Sequence record: LC788708.1
Direction: 5' to 3' (one strand)
From: Escherichia coli phage AZ21
Length of the DNA: 64,000 bases
Of the stretch, positions 25,564-34,138 are shown piece by piece. The notes under the pieces were generated by a model. It was not told where the DNA came from and ran no database searches. It saw only the letters and a program-made list of their open reading frames with translations. Both the position numbers and the translations under genes were made by a program. The number at the start of each line of letters is the position of its first letter. The stretch's first letter is position 1.

Positions 25564-25992
25564 ATGTCTGATCGTTTCTATACTCAAATGGCGGAACATT
25601 TTCGTATACCACATTACGAGCTAAACATTGCACTCCGTGATCATGACTCTCCTGAGTACAAAAAGCTCGAAAAGAAAGCGGAAAAATCTATTGATACAAA
25701 GGTAGGTGCATCTATGTCTAAGGGCAAAAAGTTAACTCGTCTTGATCTTAATAAAATTTTAACTGAACTTTTGGGTACTGATATTGAAGGTGCTAAATTA
25801 CCGCTTCTTGTACTAGAGACTATGATTAAAAAGGTCAAAAATAAAGAATATAAGAAGGTAGAAGTCCCGGAAGGCAGATTAAAAGCTCCTTATCAGGAAG
25901 CATTAACCGAGTGTTTGGGTGTAAATCTTGATCTGAGCACCGCAACCGTAAAAACTATGAAAAACTTCTTAGAGGCCATTAATAAATTGTGA
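25564..25992 (+). CDS. hypothetical protein (142 aa)
   Basis: Has its own promoter and RBS. Confidence 0.65.
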   Translation: MSDRFYTQMAEHFRIPHYELNIALRDHDSPEYKKLEKKAEKSIDTKVGASMSKGKKLTRLDLNKILTELLGTDIEGAKLPLLVLETMIKKVKNKEYKKVEVPEGRLKAPYQEALTECLGVNLDLSTATVKTMKNFLEAINKL

Positions 25993-26495
25993 TTACTAGG
26001 GAAAGATTATTAGAGGTACTAGAGTATCACGAAGATGGTACTCTAACCTGGAAACCTAGACCAGAAGGTACAAGAGGTTGGAATACCAGCCTTAACAATA
26101 TGCCTGCTGGGTCTATTAATGCTGATGGCTATCTAATGCTCTCTATTGATAGAGAACGAATACTTGCGCATAGGGCAATCTTCTTTATGCACAAAGGCTA
26201 TTTACCTGATATAGTAGATCATGATGATACCAATACTCTAGATAATCGTATTGGTAACTTAAGAGAAGCTACAAAAGCTCAAAATGCTTTTAATAGGAAA
26301 TCGGCTAATAAAAATAACCTATTGGGATTAAAAAATATATCTCAAAGAGGGAAGTCTTTTAGAGTAAAAATCTCTAGGGCAGGAATCAATTATATGAAAA
26401 CGTGCAGTTCTTTGGAAGAAGCAATTGCATGGAGAGATGAAAAACTAGAAGAACTCCACGGTGAGTTTGCCAGCAAAGGAAATAAAAATGTCTAA
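25989..26495 (+). CDS. HNH-family homing endonuclease with AP2-like DNA-binding tail
   Basis: GYL.LSI....ILAHR..F....G......VDH.D.N..DNR..NLR motif. GTGA overlap with the upstream gene. Confidence 0.75.
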   Translation: MITRERLLEVLEYHEDGTLTWKPRPEGTRGWNTSLNNMPAGSINADGYLMLSIDRERILAHRAIFFMHKGYLPDIVDHDDTNTLDNRIGNLREATKAQNAFNRKSANKNNLLGLKNISQRGKSFRVKISRAGINYMKTCSSLEEAIAWRDEKLEELHGEFASKGNKNV

Positions 26496-26778
26496 ATTAG
26501 TCTATCTATTAAAAGGTTCCACCTGTAACCCGTGTAAACTTTTCGAGCCAGTATTTGATAAAGTAGTCAGTGACTATAATTTGGAAATCCATAAAGAGAC
26601 TGATAATACAGAATTAATGCAGAAATTTGGTGTGCGCCAAGTTCCTGTAGTAGTTCTGGCGGATCGCTTACCTAATGGTCGAGTAGAAGCTAATCATATT
26701 CTGATTGGACGTCAGCTTCGTAAAGAAACTATGCACGAAGCTATTAAAAATTTCCTGGATGATAATCCAGAGGACTAA
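26488..26778 (+). CDS. thioredoxin/glutaredoxin-fold protein
   Basis: 96 aa from ATG 26488. CNPC redox motif near the N-terminus and VP.VV later on. Confidence 0.65.
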   Translation: MSKLVYLLKGSTCNPCKLFEPVFDKVVSDYNLEIHKETDNTELMQKFGVRQVPVVVLADRLPNGRVEANHILIGRQLRKETMHEAIKNFLDDNPED

Positions 26779-26784
26779 TAAACA

Positions 26785-26815
26785 AAGCCTGATTTTAGCT
26801 GATCAGGCTTTTATT
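26785..26815 (+). terminator. rho-independent terminator
   Basis: AAGCCTGAT...ATCAGGCTT stem plus T-run. Confidence 0.75.
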
Positions 26816-26819
26816 TTAC

Positions 26820-26848
26820 TTGCTTTTTGCTAAAAATTTTGGTATAAT
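26820..26848 (+). promoter_or_regulatory. T5 early-type promoter
   Basis: TTGCTT, 17 nt, TATAAT. Confidence 0.75.
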
Positions 26849-26875
26849 ACTTATATAAATTGATTGGAGGATTAA

Positions 26876-27121
26876 ATGTTAGCGGAACAAGCAAAACGTT
26901 TAGCTAGAATAAATAGAGCTGCACTCCTTAAGAGCAAGAAGAAAACGTATAAGTATGTTAAAAAGAGAATAGTTTCTTCTGTAGGGATTGGAAGTTCTTT
27001 TGTACAGTTTAATCGTGATGAAATTAGTTATGAAGTTATAAAAGCCCTCTATAAAGAGGGTTATACTCTCCAACTATCTAATGATTATGGCACAACTATT
27101 TTAACTGTTATTTGGGAATAA
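26876..27121 (+). CDS. hypothetical protein (81 aa)
   Basis: GGAGG RBS. Confidence 0.55.
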   Translation: MLAEQAKRLARINRAALLKSKKKTYKYVKKRIVSSVGIGSSFVQFNRDEISYEVIKALYKEGYTLQLSNDYGTTILTVIWE

Positions 27122-27123
27122 TT

Positions 27124-27987
27124 ATGAAAAAAGAATTTAATGTACATAAAACTCTAGTAGTGCCTGATGATGCCAACTTGTTTTTCGTTGGTGATATTCA
27201 TGGATGCAATGATTTGCTAGAAGATGCGTTGAAGTTAGCTGGGTATAATAGCAAAAAAGATTGCGTAGTATGTGTCGGAGACTTAATAGACCGAGGCACA
27301 CAAAACCTACAAGTTTTAGCCAAATTCCTGTATAATCCACGTTTTATCAGTGTACGTGGTAATCATGACCAATTTATGATTGTAGGAGATTGGGCTAATT
27401 GGATGTATAATGGTGGTATGTGGGCTATGAATGAACTAGATGCAGACACCATTAAAAATATTGCCGAAGATATGGCTGAAAAAATGCCAGTATTCCTAAC
27501 TGTTAGACATCGTGGTAAGAAGTTTGGTGTTGTTCATGGTGGTGTACCTTTTACGTACAAAGAATGTGGTAATGAAGTAGAAACCCCAGTATGGGATAAT
27601 CTTATTGCACAAATAGAAGCAGCTAAGGAAAACCCACATGACCATCCTGAATACCATATTGAACCATATTTATGGGATCGAGATGTAATCCAAGAAATAG
27701 GCTTCTACTTGTCCAAAAATGGTGAGGAACACCCGTATTTCCAGCGTTATGCAGGATTTAAAGAAAAATACATGGTAGAAGTGCCAGAAGTTAAAGGTGT
27801 AGATTTCGTGTTTCACGGACATACTGGAGTTCCTTACCCACTTCTTTATAAGAACCGTGTTTATCTTGATACTGGCGGTGTTTTCAACGGGCAGTTGACG
27901 GTTGCGCAAGTTAACGATGAAACTGGCAAAATCACCACATTTACCACAGATAAAAATAATAGCTGCGGTGTACAGAGGATTCTTTAA
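27124..27987 (+). CDS. Ser/Thr protein phosphatase-type metallophosphoesterase
   Basis: GDIHG, GDLIDRG and RGNHD motifs (lambda-PPase family). Confidence 0.8.
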   Translation: MKKEFNVHKTLVVPDDANLFFVGDIHGCNDLLEDALKLAGYNSKKDCVVCVGDLIDRGTQNLQVLAKFLYNPRFISVRGNHDQFMIVGDWANWMYNGGMWAMNELDADTIKNIAEDMAEKMPVFLTVRHRGKKFGVVHGGVPFTYKECGNEVETPVWDNLIAQIEAAKENPHDHPEYHIEPYLWDRDVIQEIGFYLSKNGEEHPYFQRYAGFKEKYMVEVPEVKGVDFVFHGHTGVPYPLLYKNRVYLDTGGVFNGQLTVAQVNDETGKITTFTTDKNNSCGVQRIL

Positions 27988-28508
27988 TGAAAGTTCGCTT
28001 TTGGAGTGATCTCCACTTGGGGCATGCAAATATTACTAAATTCAGACCAATCTTCTCTACTATGGAAGAGCATGATGAATTTATTATGGATACTATTACA
28101 TCTATGAAAGATAAGCGTACAGTATTCTATATTTTAGGAGACGCATTTGTATCTAGAAATGGTTTGGAGAAGTTCGAAAAACTCTTTGGCAATGTTAGAA
28201 CTACGTTAGTTTTGGGAAACCACGACTTAGAACGAGAAGGATTATCTTTCAAAGACTTAATAGGGGTTGTAGATAATGTACAATCACTAGTTAAATATAA
28301 AAACTTCTGGCTTTCCCATGCTCCAGTGCACCCTGGGGAGCTGAGGGGTAAAAAGAACCTACATGGACATACTCACTTTGAGTTAATGGGAGACCCTCGT
28401 TATATTAACGTTTGTATCGAGTATGCAAAATCTCCAGTACGCCTGGAAGACATCATGAGTGGTAAGTACACTTCACATGATAAAACTAGCTGGATGTTAA
28501 ATGTCTGA
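27987..28508 (+). CDS. second metallophosphoesterase (173 aa)
   Basis: SDLHLGH, GDAF, LGNHD and GHTH motifs. TAATG coupling. Confidence 0.7.
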   Translation: MKVRFWSDLHLGHANITKFRPIFSTMEEHDEFIMDTITSMKDKRTVFYILGDAFVSRNGLEKFEKLFGNVRTTLVLGNHDLEREGLSFKDLIGVVDNVQSLVKYKNFWLSHAPVHPGELRGKKNLHGHTHFELMGDPRYINVCIEYAKSPVRLEDIMSGKYTSHDKTSWMLNV

Positions 28509-28623
28509 GTATATAGCTGAGGGTATTATTAAACGAATCATACAAGCGATAGCAATACTTATAATCATTTGTATTGCTATTGGTGCGGGATTAGGCATTT
28601 TAATTAAAAGTTTTATTTGCTAA
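28501..28623 (+). CDS. possible 40-aa single-TM peptide
   Basis: ATG overlaps the upstream stop. AILIIICIAIGAGLGILI helix. Below the track cutoff. Confidence 0.4.
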   Translation: MSEYIAEGIIKRIIQAIAILIIICIAIGAGLGILIKSFIC

Positions 28624-28645
28624 AATGCTTAAGTTTCTGTATAAT
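28617..28645 (+). promoter_or_regulatory. T5 early-type promoter
   Basis: TTGCTA, 17 nt, TATAAT. Confidence 0.75.
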
Positions 28646-28675
28646 TACTTTATAAATTGATGAGAAGGAATCAAA

Positions 28676-29104
28676 ATGAACAAAGTTGATAAAGCTCTAG
28701 TTTTCGCAGCAGCAGATAAGTTTGAACAAGTTAAGGCAACTTTCCGAACCTTGTTCCAGTCTTACGTTCAAGATAAGTCTAATCCTATCTCTGAACGTTT
28801 GATGGTCTGGGAATGCTACGCAACTGATGCCCTATTAATGGCATATTACAGGGGTGAGGCAGACGAAGAGATCGAAGAACTTTTTACTGAAGATACTCCA
28901 CGTTATCAGGCAGTTTATTTCCAAGACCTAGCTGAGCGCATCATTCCTGATGATCTTTGGAATAAATACTACGGTGATCCTGAAGATGAAGGAATGACTC
29001 CAGAAGCCTGTATTGAGCTGATCTGCAAAGATCATCCTGAAATTGCAGAGAAATTTGAAAAAGTTTTTGCTTCTGAGTTCTCCGGCGTTGTTAACGATTG
29101 GTAA
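28676..29104 (+). CDS. hypothetical acidic protein (142 aa)
   Basis: Has its own promoter and RBS. Confidence 0.65.
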   Translation: MNKVDKALVFAAADKFEQVKATFRTLFQSYVQDKSNPISERLMVWECYATDALLMAYYRGEADEEIEELFTEDTPRYQAVYFQDLAERIIPDDLWNKYYGDPEDEGMTPEACIELICKDHPEIAEKFEKVFASEFSGVVNDW

Positions 29105-29121
29105 GTAATTAAAAAATTCAG

Positions 29122-29150
29122 TTGCTTTAAGCCTTAAAATTCTGTATAAT
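29122..29150 (+). promoter_or_regulatory. T5 early-type promoter
   Basis: TTGCTT, 17 nt, TATAAT, CATAAATTAATGAGAGAGG box. Confidence 0.75.
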
Positions 29151-29182
29151 AAGTTCATAAATTAATGAGAGAGGAAATTCTA

Positions 29183-29461
29183 ATGAAAAACATGACTAAA
29201 GACTTCGACGCCTCTAACCTTACCAAGACTGAAATGGCCAATGTATTAGCAATTCTCCTCGACATGCAAGGATTTGAGGGGCAACTGATGAAAATGTCTA
29301 TTCCAGCGATGAAGAAGATGTACGATTCCCTTAACAAGAACGCTATGGCCTTTAACTTAGCAAAACAAGAGGCGCGCTTTGCTAAGGAGCATCAAGCAGT
29401 GGCAGAACGCCGAGCAGCTAGCTTTGAGCGTGAAGTTAAGCAACTGAAAGGTAAGAAATAA
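29183..29461 (+). CDS. hypothetical protein (92 aa)
   Basis: ATG 29183 after the promoter-box RBS. Confidence 0.6.
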   Translation: MKNMTKDFDASNLTKTEMANVLAILLDMQGFEGQLMKMSIPAMKKMYDSLNKNAMAFNLAKQEARFAKEHQAVAERRAASFEREVKQLKGKK

Positions 29462-29483
29462 GGACTAAGGGAGTATATAATTA

Positions 29484-29765
29484 ATGTTAATTGAAATTCT
29501 CATTGGATTGCTAGTGCTTATGACACTAGCAGCGATTGGTGGGGTTATTGGTATTGTAAGCATACGAAAAAACATGGAGAGTATGCTTATTACTAATAGT
29601 GGACTTCACTGCCGCTTAATAGAACAAGAACAAGATATTGAACTAGCACAAAGACGCTCGGATATTCTAAAAGAAAAATTAAACAATATTGAAGCAATAG
29701 CTGGGAATACAAAACTACCTAATAAAGTAATGCGTGCTCAGATAATTACGGAGATTAAAAAATGA
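29484..29765 (+). CDS. single-TM coiled-coil protein (93 aa)
   Basis: GGGAG RBS. N-terminal TM. Confidence 0.6.
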   Translation: MLIEILIGLLVLMTLAAIGGVIGIVSIRKNMESMLITNSGLHCRLIEQEQDIELAQRRSDILKEKLNNIEAIAGNTKLPNKVMRAQIITEIKK

Positions 29766-30007
29766 TGATGTTTATTCTAGCGTTTTATCTAATTGTGGTT
29801 GGTGTACTGGTTACTAAATATCACACATGGACGCCAAAGAATGTTGTTAAGGTAGCCTTATTTGTTATTCCAGTTCCACTTATTATCTTTTCTATGTTAC
29901 TAGTGATGTTAGTTGGTAAAGTAACAAAAACCGATATTAAACGAATTGCGGATGAATTGCAACAGTCTTGTGATATGGTAGAGGATATTCTTAAAGATGA
30001 AGCTTAA
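29762..30007 (+). CDS. 2-TM membrane protein (81 aa)
   Basis: ATGA coupling. Confidence 0.6.
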   Translation: MMMFILAFYLIVVGVLVTKYHTWTPKNVVKVALFVIPVPLIIFSMLLVMLVGKVTKTDIKRIADELQQSCDMVEDILKDEA

Positions 30008-30323
30008 TTTTAATGAATTAAATACCTTACATGAGATATTACAGTTTGTGAATAACAATATTAGTATTCCGGACGATACACTAGAAGTTCTCAGGATAAT
30101 TGAGAAAAAGGTAGGAATTGAAATTGAGGACTCTTGGAAACCACTTTCTGTATTAACACCACTTAATATGAAAGTGATAGTTAAAAATATCAATACTGGT
30201 GAAGAGTGTGAAATGATTCGTAAAGAACTAGCTGATAGCTATTCACCAAAGTCTGTAGTAATGTACCATGATGATACTGCTAAGACTCTACAGACAGCTA
30301 ATTACGTATGGCGTCTCCCATGA
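29997..30323 (+). CDS. hypothetical protein (108 aa)
   Basis: Start overlaps the upstream gene's end. Confidence 0.6.
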   Translation: MKLNFNELNTLHEILQFVNNNISIPDDTLEVLRIIEKKVGIEIEDSWKPLSVLTPLNMKVIVKNINTGEECEMIRKELADSYSPKSVVMYHDDTAKTLQTANYVWRLP

Positions 30324-30466
30324 TTGATTTAGTACCAATTACTGCTGGGCTAATAGCACTATTAGTGCTTGCAGTTTTTATTATTGTGGAGCAGGCCAAA
30401 GTAATAAGGAGACTTAAAAACAATGATAAAACGTCTTGTTTATCAGGCACCAAAGATTGTAACTGA
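30320..30466 (+). CDS. possible 48-aa single-TM peptide
   Basis: ATGA coupling. ITAGLIALLVLAVFIIV helix. Below the track cutoff. Confidence 0.4.
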   Translation: MIDLVPITAGLIALLVLAVFIIVEQAKVIRRLKNNDKTSCLSGTKDCN

Positions 30467-30623
30467 GTATTTTGTATTACTGCCTCAGATTGTATTTCTA
30501 ACAGCATTATTTAATATACTTTTTCGGCATCTAGGAATAACGGAAAATATCTTCTACACTTCTGAACTACTTCCTTTTATGTACGAAGGCATCATCGTGG
30601 CAATTAACGGAGTTCGTAAATGA
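30423..30623 (+). CDS. small membrane protein (66 aa)
   Basis: AAGGAG RBS. Confidence 0.55.
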   Translation: MIKRLVYQAPKIVTEYFVLLPQIVFLTALFNILFRHLGITENIFYTSELLPFMYEGIIVAINGVRK

Positions 30624-31081
30624 CAGCACTACAACAACTACAGAATTACTGGTTTGATAACCAATTTAACGATCTCTTCATCCAGTTGTTTGTCGAAACG
30701 AACGGACGCTTCAACTACCGATTCTTTAATAAGTTTCACGAAACAAAATTCTCGCATACAGAAATTAATGCAGCGATCCAAGACCTAACTGGTTCTAAAG
30801 TAATTCAGTATCGTGAAGTAGACTTTACACCAGATTGTTTTGGGTTTGAATTGTTTAAGAAAGCATATAAATTTGGTAAGTTTGAGGATGCTCGTCAATG
30901 GGTTCATGATTTCTGGTACAACACTGATATTGTTCCTAGTCGTGTGCTGATTCTTAACTGGATTGCTAAACAACATCCACCTAAAGCTCAATCGTCCTTC
31001 TTACCAACTGACACAGGAAACCTTTACCATGACAGAAAAGAAAAATCCATTGCTGGAGCAGATGAAGGAATGGGAGAGTAA
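30620..31081 (+). CDS. hypothetical protein (153 aa)
   Basis: ATGA coupling. Confidence 0.65.
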   Translation: MTALQQLQNYWFDNQFNDLFIQLFVETNGRFNYRFFNKFHETKFSHTEINAAIQDLTGSKVIQYREVDFTPDCFGFELFKKAYKFGKFEDARQWVHDFWYNTDIVPSRVLILNWIAKQHPPKAQSSFLPTDTGNLYHDRKEKSIAGADEGMGE

Positions 31082-31400
31082 TATTGAATCTGGTCTGGTA
31101 GACGGAGAAGATATTGTTAACTCTATGCTAGAAGTAACAATAGATAATATAAATCCTATTTTGGCCAGTGAAACCTCAGATCTTATAGGACTTTCTAGTA
31201 CTTTCGATTCTTTGGCTAAATTAGCCTTAGATGACAAAGAGATAACCAAAGAAGATCTCGCCTCAGCTATGAATATGGCTATTAACGCTTACATTGGCAA
31301 ACGTACCGATGAACTCGACAAACAAATCAAAAAGCGTGATACAACACTAAATCTTATGGAAACGGCCACTATTTTAAGAAGTGGTAAACAACTTCATTAA
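31029..31400 (+). CDS. hypothetical acidic protein (about 123 aa; start uncertain)
   Basis: ATG 31029 after AGGAAA. An alternative ATG lies at 31062. Confidence 0.55.
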   Translation: MTEKKNPLLEQMKEWESNIESGLVDGEDIVNSMLEVTIDNINPILASETSDLIGLSSTFDSLAKLALDDKEITKEDLASAMNMAINAYIGKRTDELDKQIKKRDTTLNLMETATILRSGKQLH

Positions 31401-31454
31401 TTCTAGAGGCCGGGACTTGATTGTTCTGGCCTTTTGTGTTTCAAGGAATATAAT

Positions 31455-31652
31455 ATGAAAGCACTAGATAATTACTTAAAGGCTAAATATAGTCCTATAG
31501 AAGATCAATCTGCTGTAACTTGTGAAATAAGTCGAAATAATACAGTACGATTAGCTCAAAAAGGCGGAGGAACATCTGCTAATATTATTTGGCTATCCGA
31601 AGAACAAGCAAAAGACTTGTACCATAAACTAGACAAGTTATTTAATAAGTAG
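31455..31652 (+). CDS. hypothetical protein (65 aa)
   Basis: ATG after AAGGAATATA. Confidence 0.5.
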   Translation: MKALDNYLKAKYSPIEDQSAVTCEISRNNTVRLAQKGGGTSANIIWLSEEQAKDLYHKLDKLFNK

Positions 31653-31653
31653 T

Positions 31654-32094
31654 ATGAGAGAAAAAGTAAATGAATTACTAATCGAGGAAGCTAACAACTT
31701 TCCAATAAATAGGTTTGTCAAATCTGATGGATCTATTAATAGAACTAAGATTAAGCAGCTACATCCCGACTTTCAACAAGAAGCACTAAACCTTATATTT
31801 ATCAAGAAAGCTGTTGCAGTTCATGGGGCTTTCTTTGGGTATGAGCGTGTAAATTACAAAACAATGCAACAGCAAGTCGAGATCTACTGTCCAGATCATG
31901 AAGGGTATTATTGGCAAACTGCTAGATCTCATTTAGAAGGGCATGGTTGTCGACTGTGTGCACACAAGGTTGTGCAGCGTGTCACGGATTATGGAACTTA
32001 TACCGTACCAGCATGTTATCATAAATTTGTAGTTGACGATAATCATATAGTTTGGTATAATAAGTTTTCAAAGTTAAGAATGGAGATAAAATAA
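31654..32094 (+). CDS. hypothetical Cys/His-containing protein (146 aa)
   Basis: CPDHEG...HGCRLCAH suggests a zinc-binding site. Confidence 0.6.
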   Translation: MREKVNELLIEEANNFPINRFVKSDGSINRTKIKQLHPDFQQEALNLIFIKKAVAVHGAFFGYERVNYKTMQQQVEIYCPDHEGYYWQTARSHLEGHGCRLCAHKVVQRVTDYGTYTVPACYHKFVVDDNHIVWYNKFSKLRMEIK

Positions 32095-32279
32095 TGGAAA
32101 CTCTTTTTCTTTTAATGCTCGTAGGTTCTCTGTTACTAATACTAGCACTTCTACTAATCTGCAATATTCTTAACAACAAGAATCTAGAGCTAAAGTGTGA
32201 GAACCAAATCCTTAATCGTGAACTTAAACAATATAACATCGCAGCCCATAAACTGTTAGACAAACTGGAGAATAAATAA
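32094..32279 (+). CDS. single-TM coiled-coil protein (61 aa)
   Basis: TAATG coupling. Confidence 0.55.
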   Translation: METLFLLMLVGSLLLILALLLICNILNNKNLELKCENQILNRELKQYNIAAHKLLDKLENK

Positions 32280-32884
32280 TGACTTTTAATACACAACAAT
32301 CTATTCAAGTAGTGCCAGATCATGAACTGAACACATGGGATTATAGCTTTAAAGATTTAACTGCTACTATACAATTTAAATCTATGAAGCTAACATTTGC
32401 ACACACTGATCTTAGAGCCTGTAAAGATCTTGAGGATAAGCTCGAAGATGCTCGTAAGATTTTTGGCAAGGCTCGCATCCCGGCTGATAATCTAATTAAC
32501 GCATTAATCGATGTAGGATACAAACTCGTGAAGACTGAGGTGAACCGCCCTAGTACTCCAGTGACTGTTAGAGATCCGTGGCAGCCAGGGACAATCTCAA
32601 TGCTAAATAAATCATCGGATATACACAATGTTCCATGCGGTGGTGTGGTAAGTAGTACGCAGTCATACAAGTTTGGTGAAGATTACGGCCCTTCTGTGCA
32701 GTTGAAACATACTCAAGAAGCTTTTGAATCTGATATGCGAAGCGTAGCACCTGTGGATGCTGGAGTTTCTAGGAGTTCTGTTTGTACTATTCATTTTAAT
32801 AATCCTAGTAAACATGGAAGTTTAGAGGATGCTATCCTTGAAGCGTTGGGAGCTGCTATTAATGAAGATAAAAGAGGTAGTTAA
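32279..32884 (+). CDS. hypothetical protein (201 aa)
   Basis: TAATG coupling. Confidence 0.65.
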   Translation: MTFNTQQSIQVVPDHELNTWDYSFKDLTATIQFKSMKLTFAHTDLRACKDLEDKLEDARKIFGKARIPADNLINALIDVGYKLVKTEVNRPSTPVTVRDPWQPGTISMLNKSSDIHNVPCGGVVSSTQSYKFGEDYGPSVQLKHTQEAFESDMRSVAPVDAGVSRSSVCTIHFNNPSKHGSLEDAILEALGAAINEDKRGS

Positions 32885-33774
32885 TGGGATTTTATAGTAA
32901 TAGAAAACCAAAAGGTGTAACTGGTAAATTCGCAGTTGAAGAAAGACCTTTTCCACCGGTCGATGTAGAGAAACTACGTGAACTTCTAGAAATGCTAGAA
33001 GGTTGCCATGAACGTTGTTATTCTGAACTCTCTTTAAATGAGAAACGTGTTGTTGAGATGTTCTGTATTCGTTCAGCTAGAACAGCTAAAGGTACTTCTC
33101 CAAAAGATGAAGTAAAAGAGTACAGAGTTCTAGTGATGCATGCTTGGGCACAACGTTTTGCAGTTCATTCGCTTCAGGAATGGTTTAATCTTCCAGCCTA
33201 TAAAGATTTTCATGTTTACGAAGATGAGGTTATGAATTATAATGAGTTGTATGGTTTGTCCTTCAAAAAGACAGGCTCACCGATGCATGATGCACTCAAT
33301 TCATTCCCTGATCATTACCTTCCAGTTCGTGAATATAGAGATCGTGAAGGAAATAAACCCTGCTTCACTATTTGGAATAAGTCTAAGACGATATCTGATC
33401 TAGATAATTATTGGTTTCGCACAAAAGAAGGATTCCTAGGAACAGAACCTTTACCTAAGGATCTCAAACCTATCCTTCCGCCTGCGAAACCTAAACATGA
33501 AGTAACGATTGCTATTAATAGAATAATTCTAGGAGCAGATGATCTTACTAAACAAATCGCCGCAGTTATCGCAGTTCTGTTTGACGGTACAAATTCTTCT
33601 GCACGTTATGAGAAGCTAACGGATAACAAATTGCAGATACCTAACGAGTTGTATGAGAGTTCGTGCAAGATCTATGATAACTTTAGTAAAGTAGATTACC
33701 CCGTGAGATCCATTAAAGAACTCATGGAGTATGCGGAGATGGGGATGAAAGGAAATCTCATGTTCGATGAATAA
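32884..33774 (+). CDS. hypothetical protein (296 aa), last gene of the early arm
   Basis: TAATG coupling. Long clean ORF. Confidence 0.7.
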   Translation: MGFYSNRKPKGVTGKFAVEERPFPPVDVEKLRELLEMLEGCHERCYSELSLNEKRVVEMFCIRSARTAKGTSPKDEVKEYRVLVMHAWAQRFAVHSLQEWFNLPAYKDFHVYEDEVMNYNELYGLSFKKTGSPMHDALNSFPDHYLPVREYRDREGNKPCFTIWNKSKTISDLDNYWFRTKEGFLGTEPLPKDLKPILPPAKPKHEVTIAINRIILGADDLTKQIAAVIAVLFDGTNSSARYEKLTDNKLQIPNELYESSCKIYDNFSKVDYPVRSIKELMEYAEMGMKGNLMFDE

Positions 33775-33781
33775 ACTCTAC

Positions 33782-33810
33782 TTGACGTTATGATTTCTGC
33801 ATGTTATAAT
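33782..33810 (+). promoter_or_regulatory. near-consensus sigma70 promoter reading into an ORF-free region
   Basis: TTGACG, 17 nt, TATAAT. Confidence 0.65.
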
Positions 33811-33817
33811 AACTCTA

Positions 33818-33990
33818 TGAAATAACATAGAATAAAGAGATCCACCCGGATACGGATGGTGGATGGGAAACTTCTATTTCCCCCGTAGCTTGTCGGAGGG
33901 CTAGGGAAATCTTAAGAAGTTTTGTACCATCTCACGCAATTCGTATCCCAGGGGTGGAGCATCTCTTCCAATCTTTGGGGATCTTATACT
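33818..33990 (+). ncRNA. candidate promoter-driven structured transcript
   Basis: No ORF. Local hairpins CTATG-aaataa-CATAG, TCCACC..GGTGGA and GGGAAA..TTTCCC. Long-range pairing CCACCCGGATACG / CGTATCCCAGGGGTGG. Confidence 0.3.
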
Positions 33991-34138
33991 TAAATTAAAG
34001 GTAAAACTTTTGGTCACATAATTTACATTCAAGATGATACACTGGTTGCCGCCATTCTTCCTAGGATGGCACAACACTTTCTTCTAGACTCCTAAGTTTC
34101 TAGGAATACTAACTCTAGAGTTTACACTAAACTTTGAA

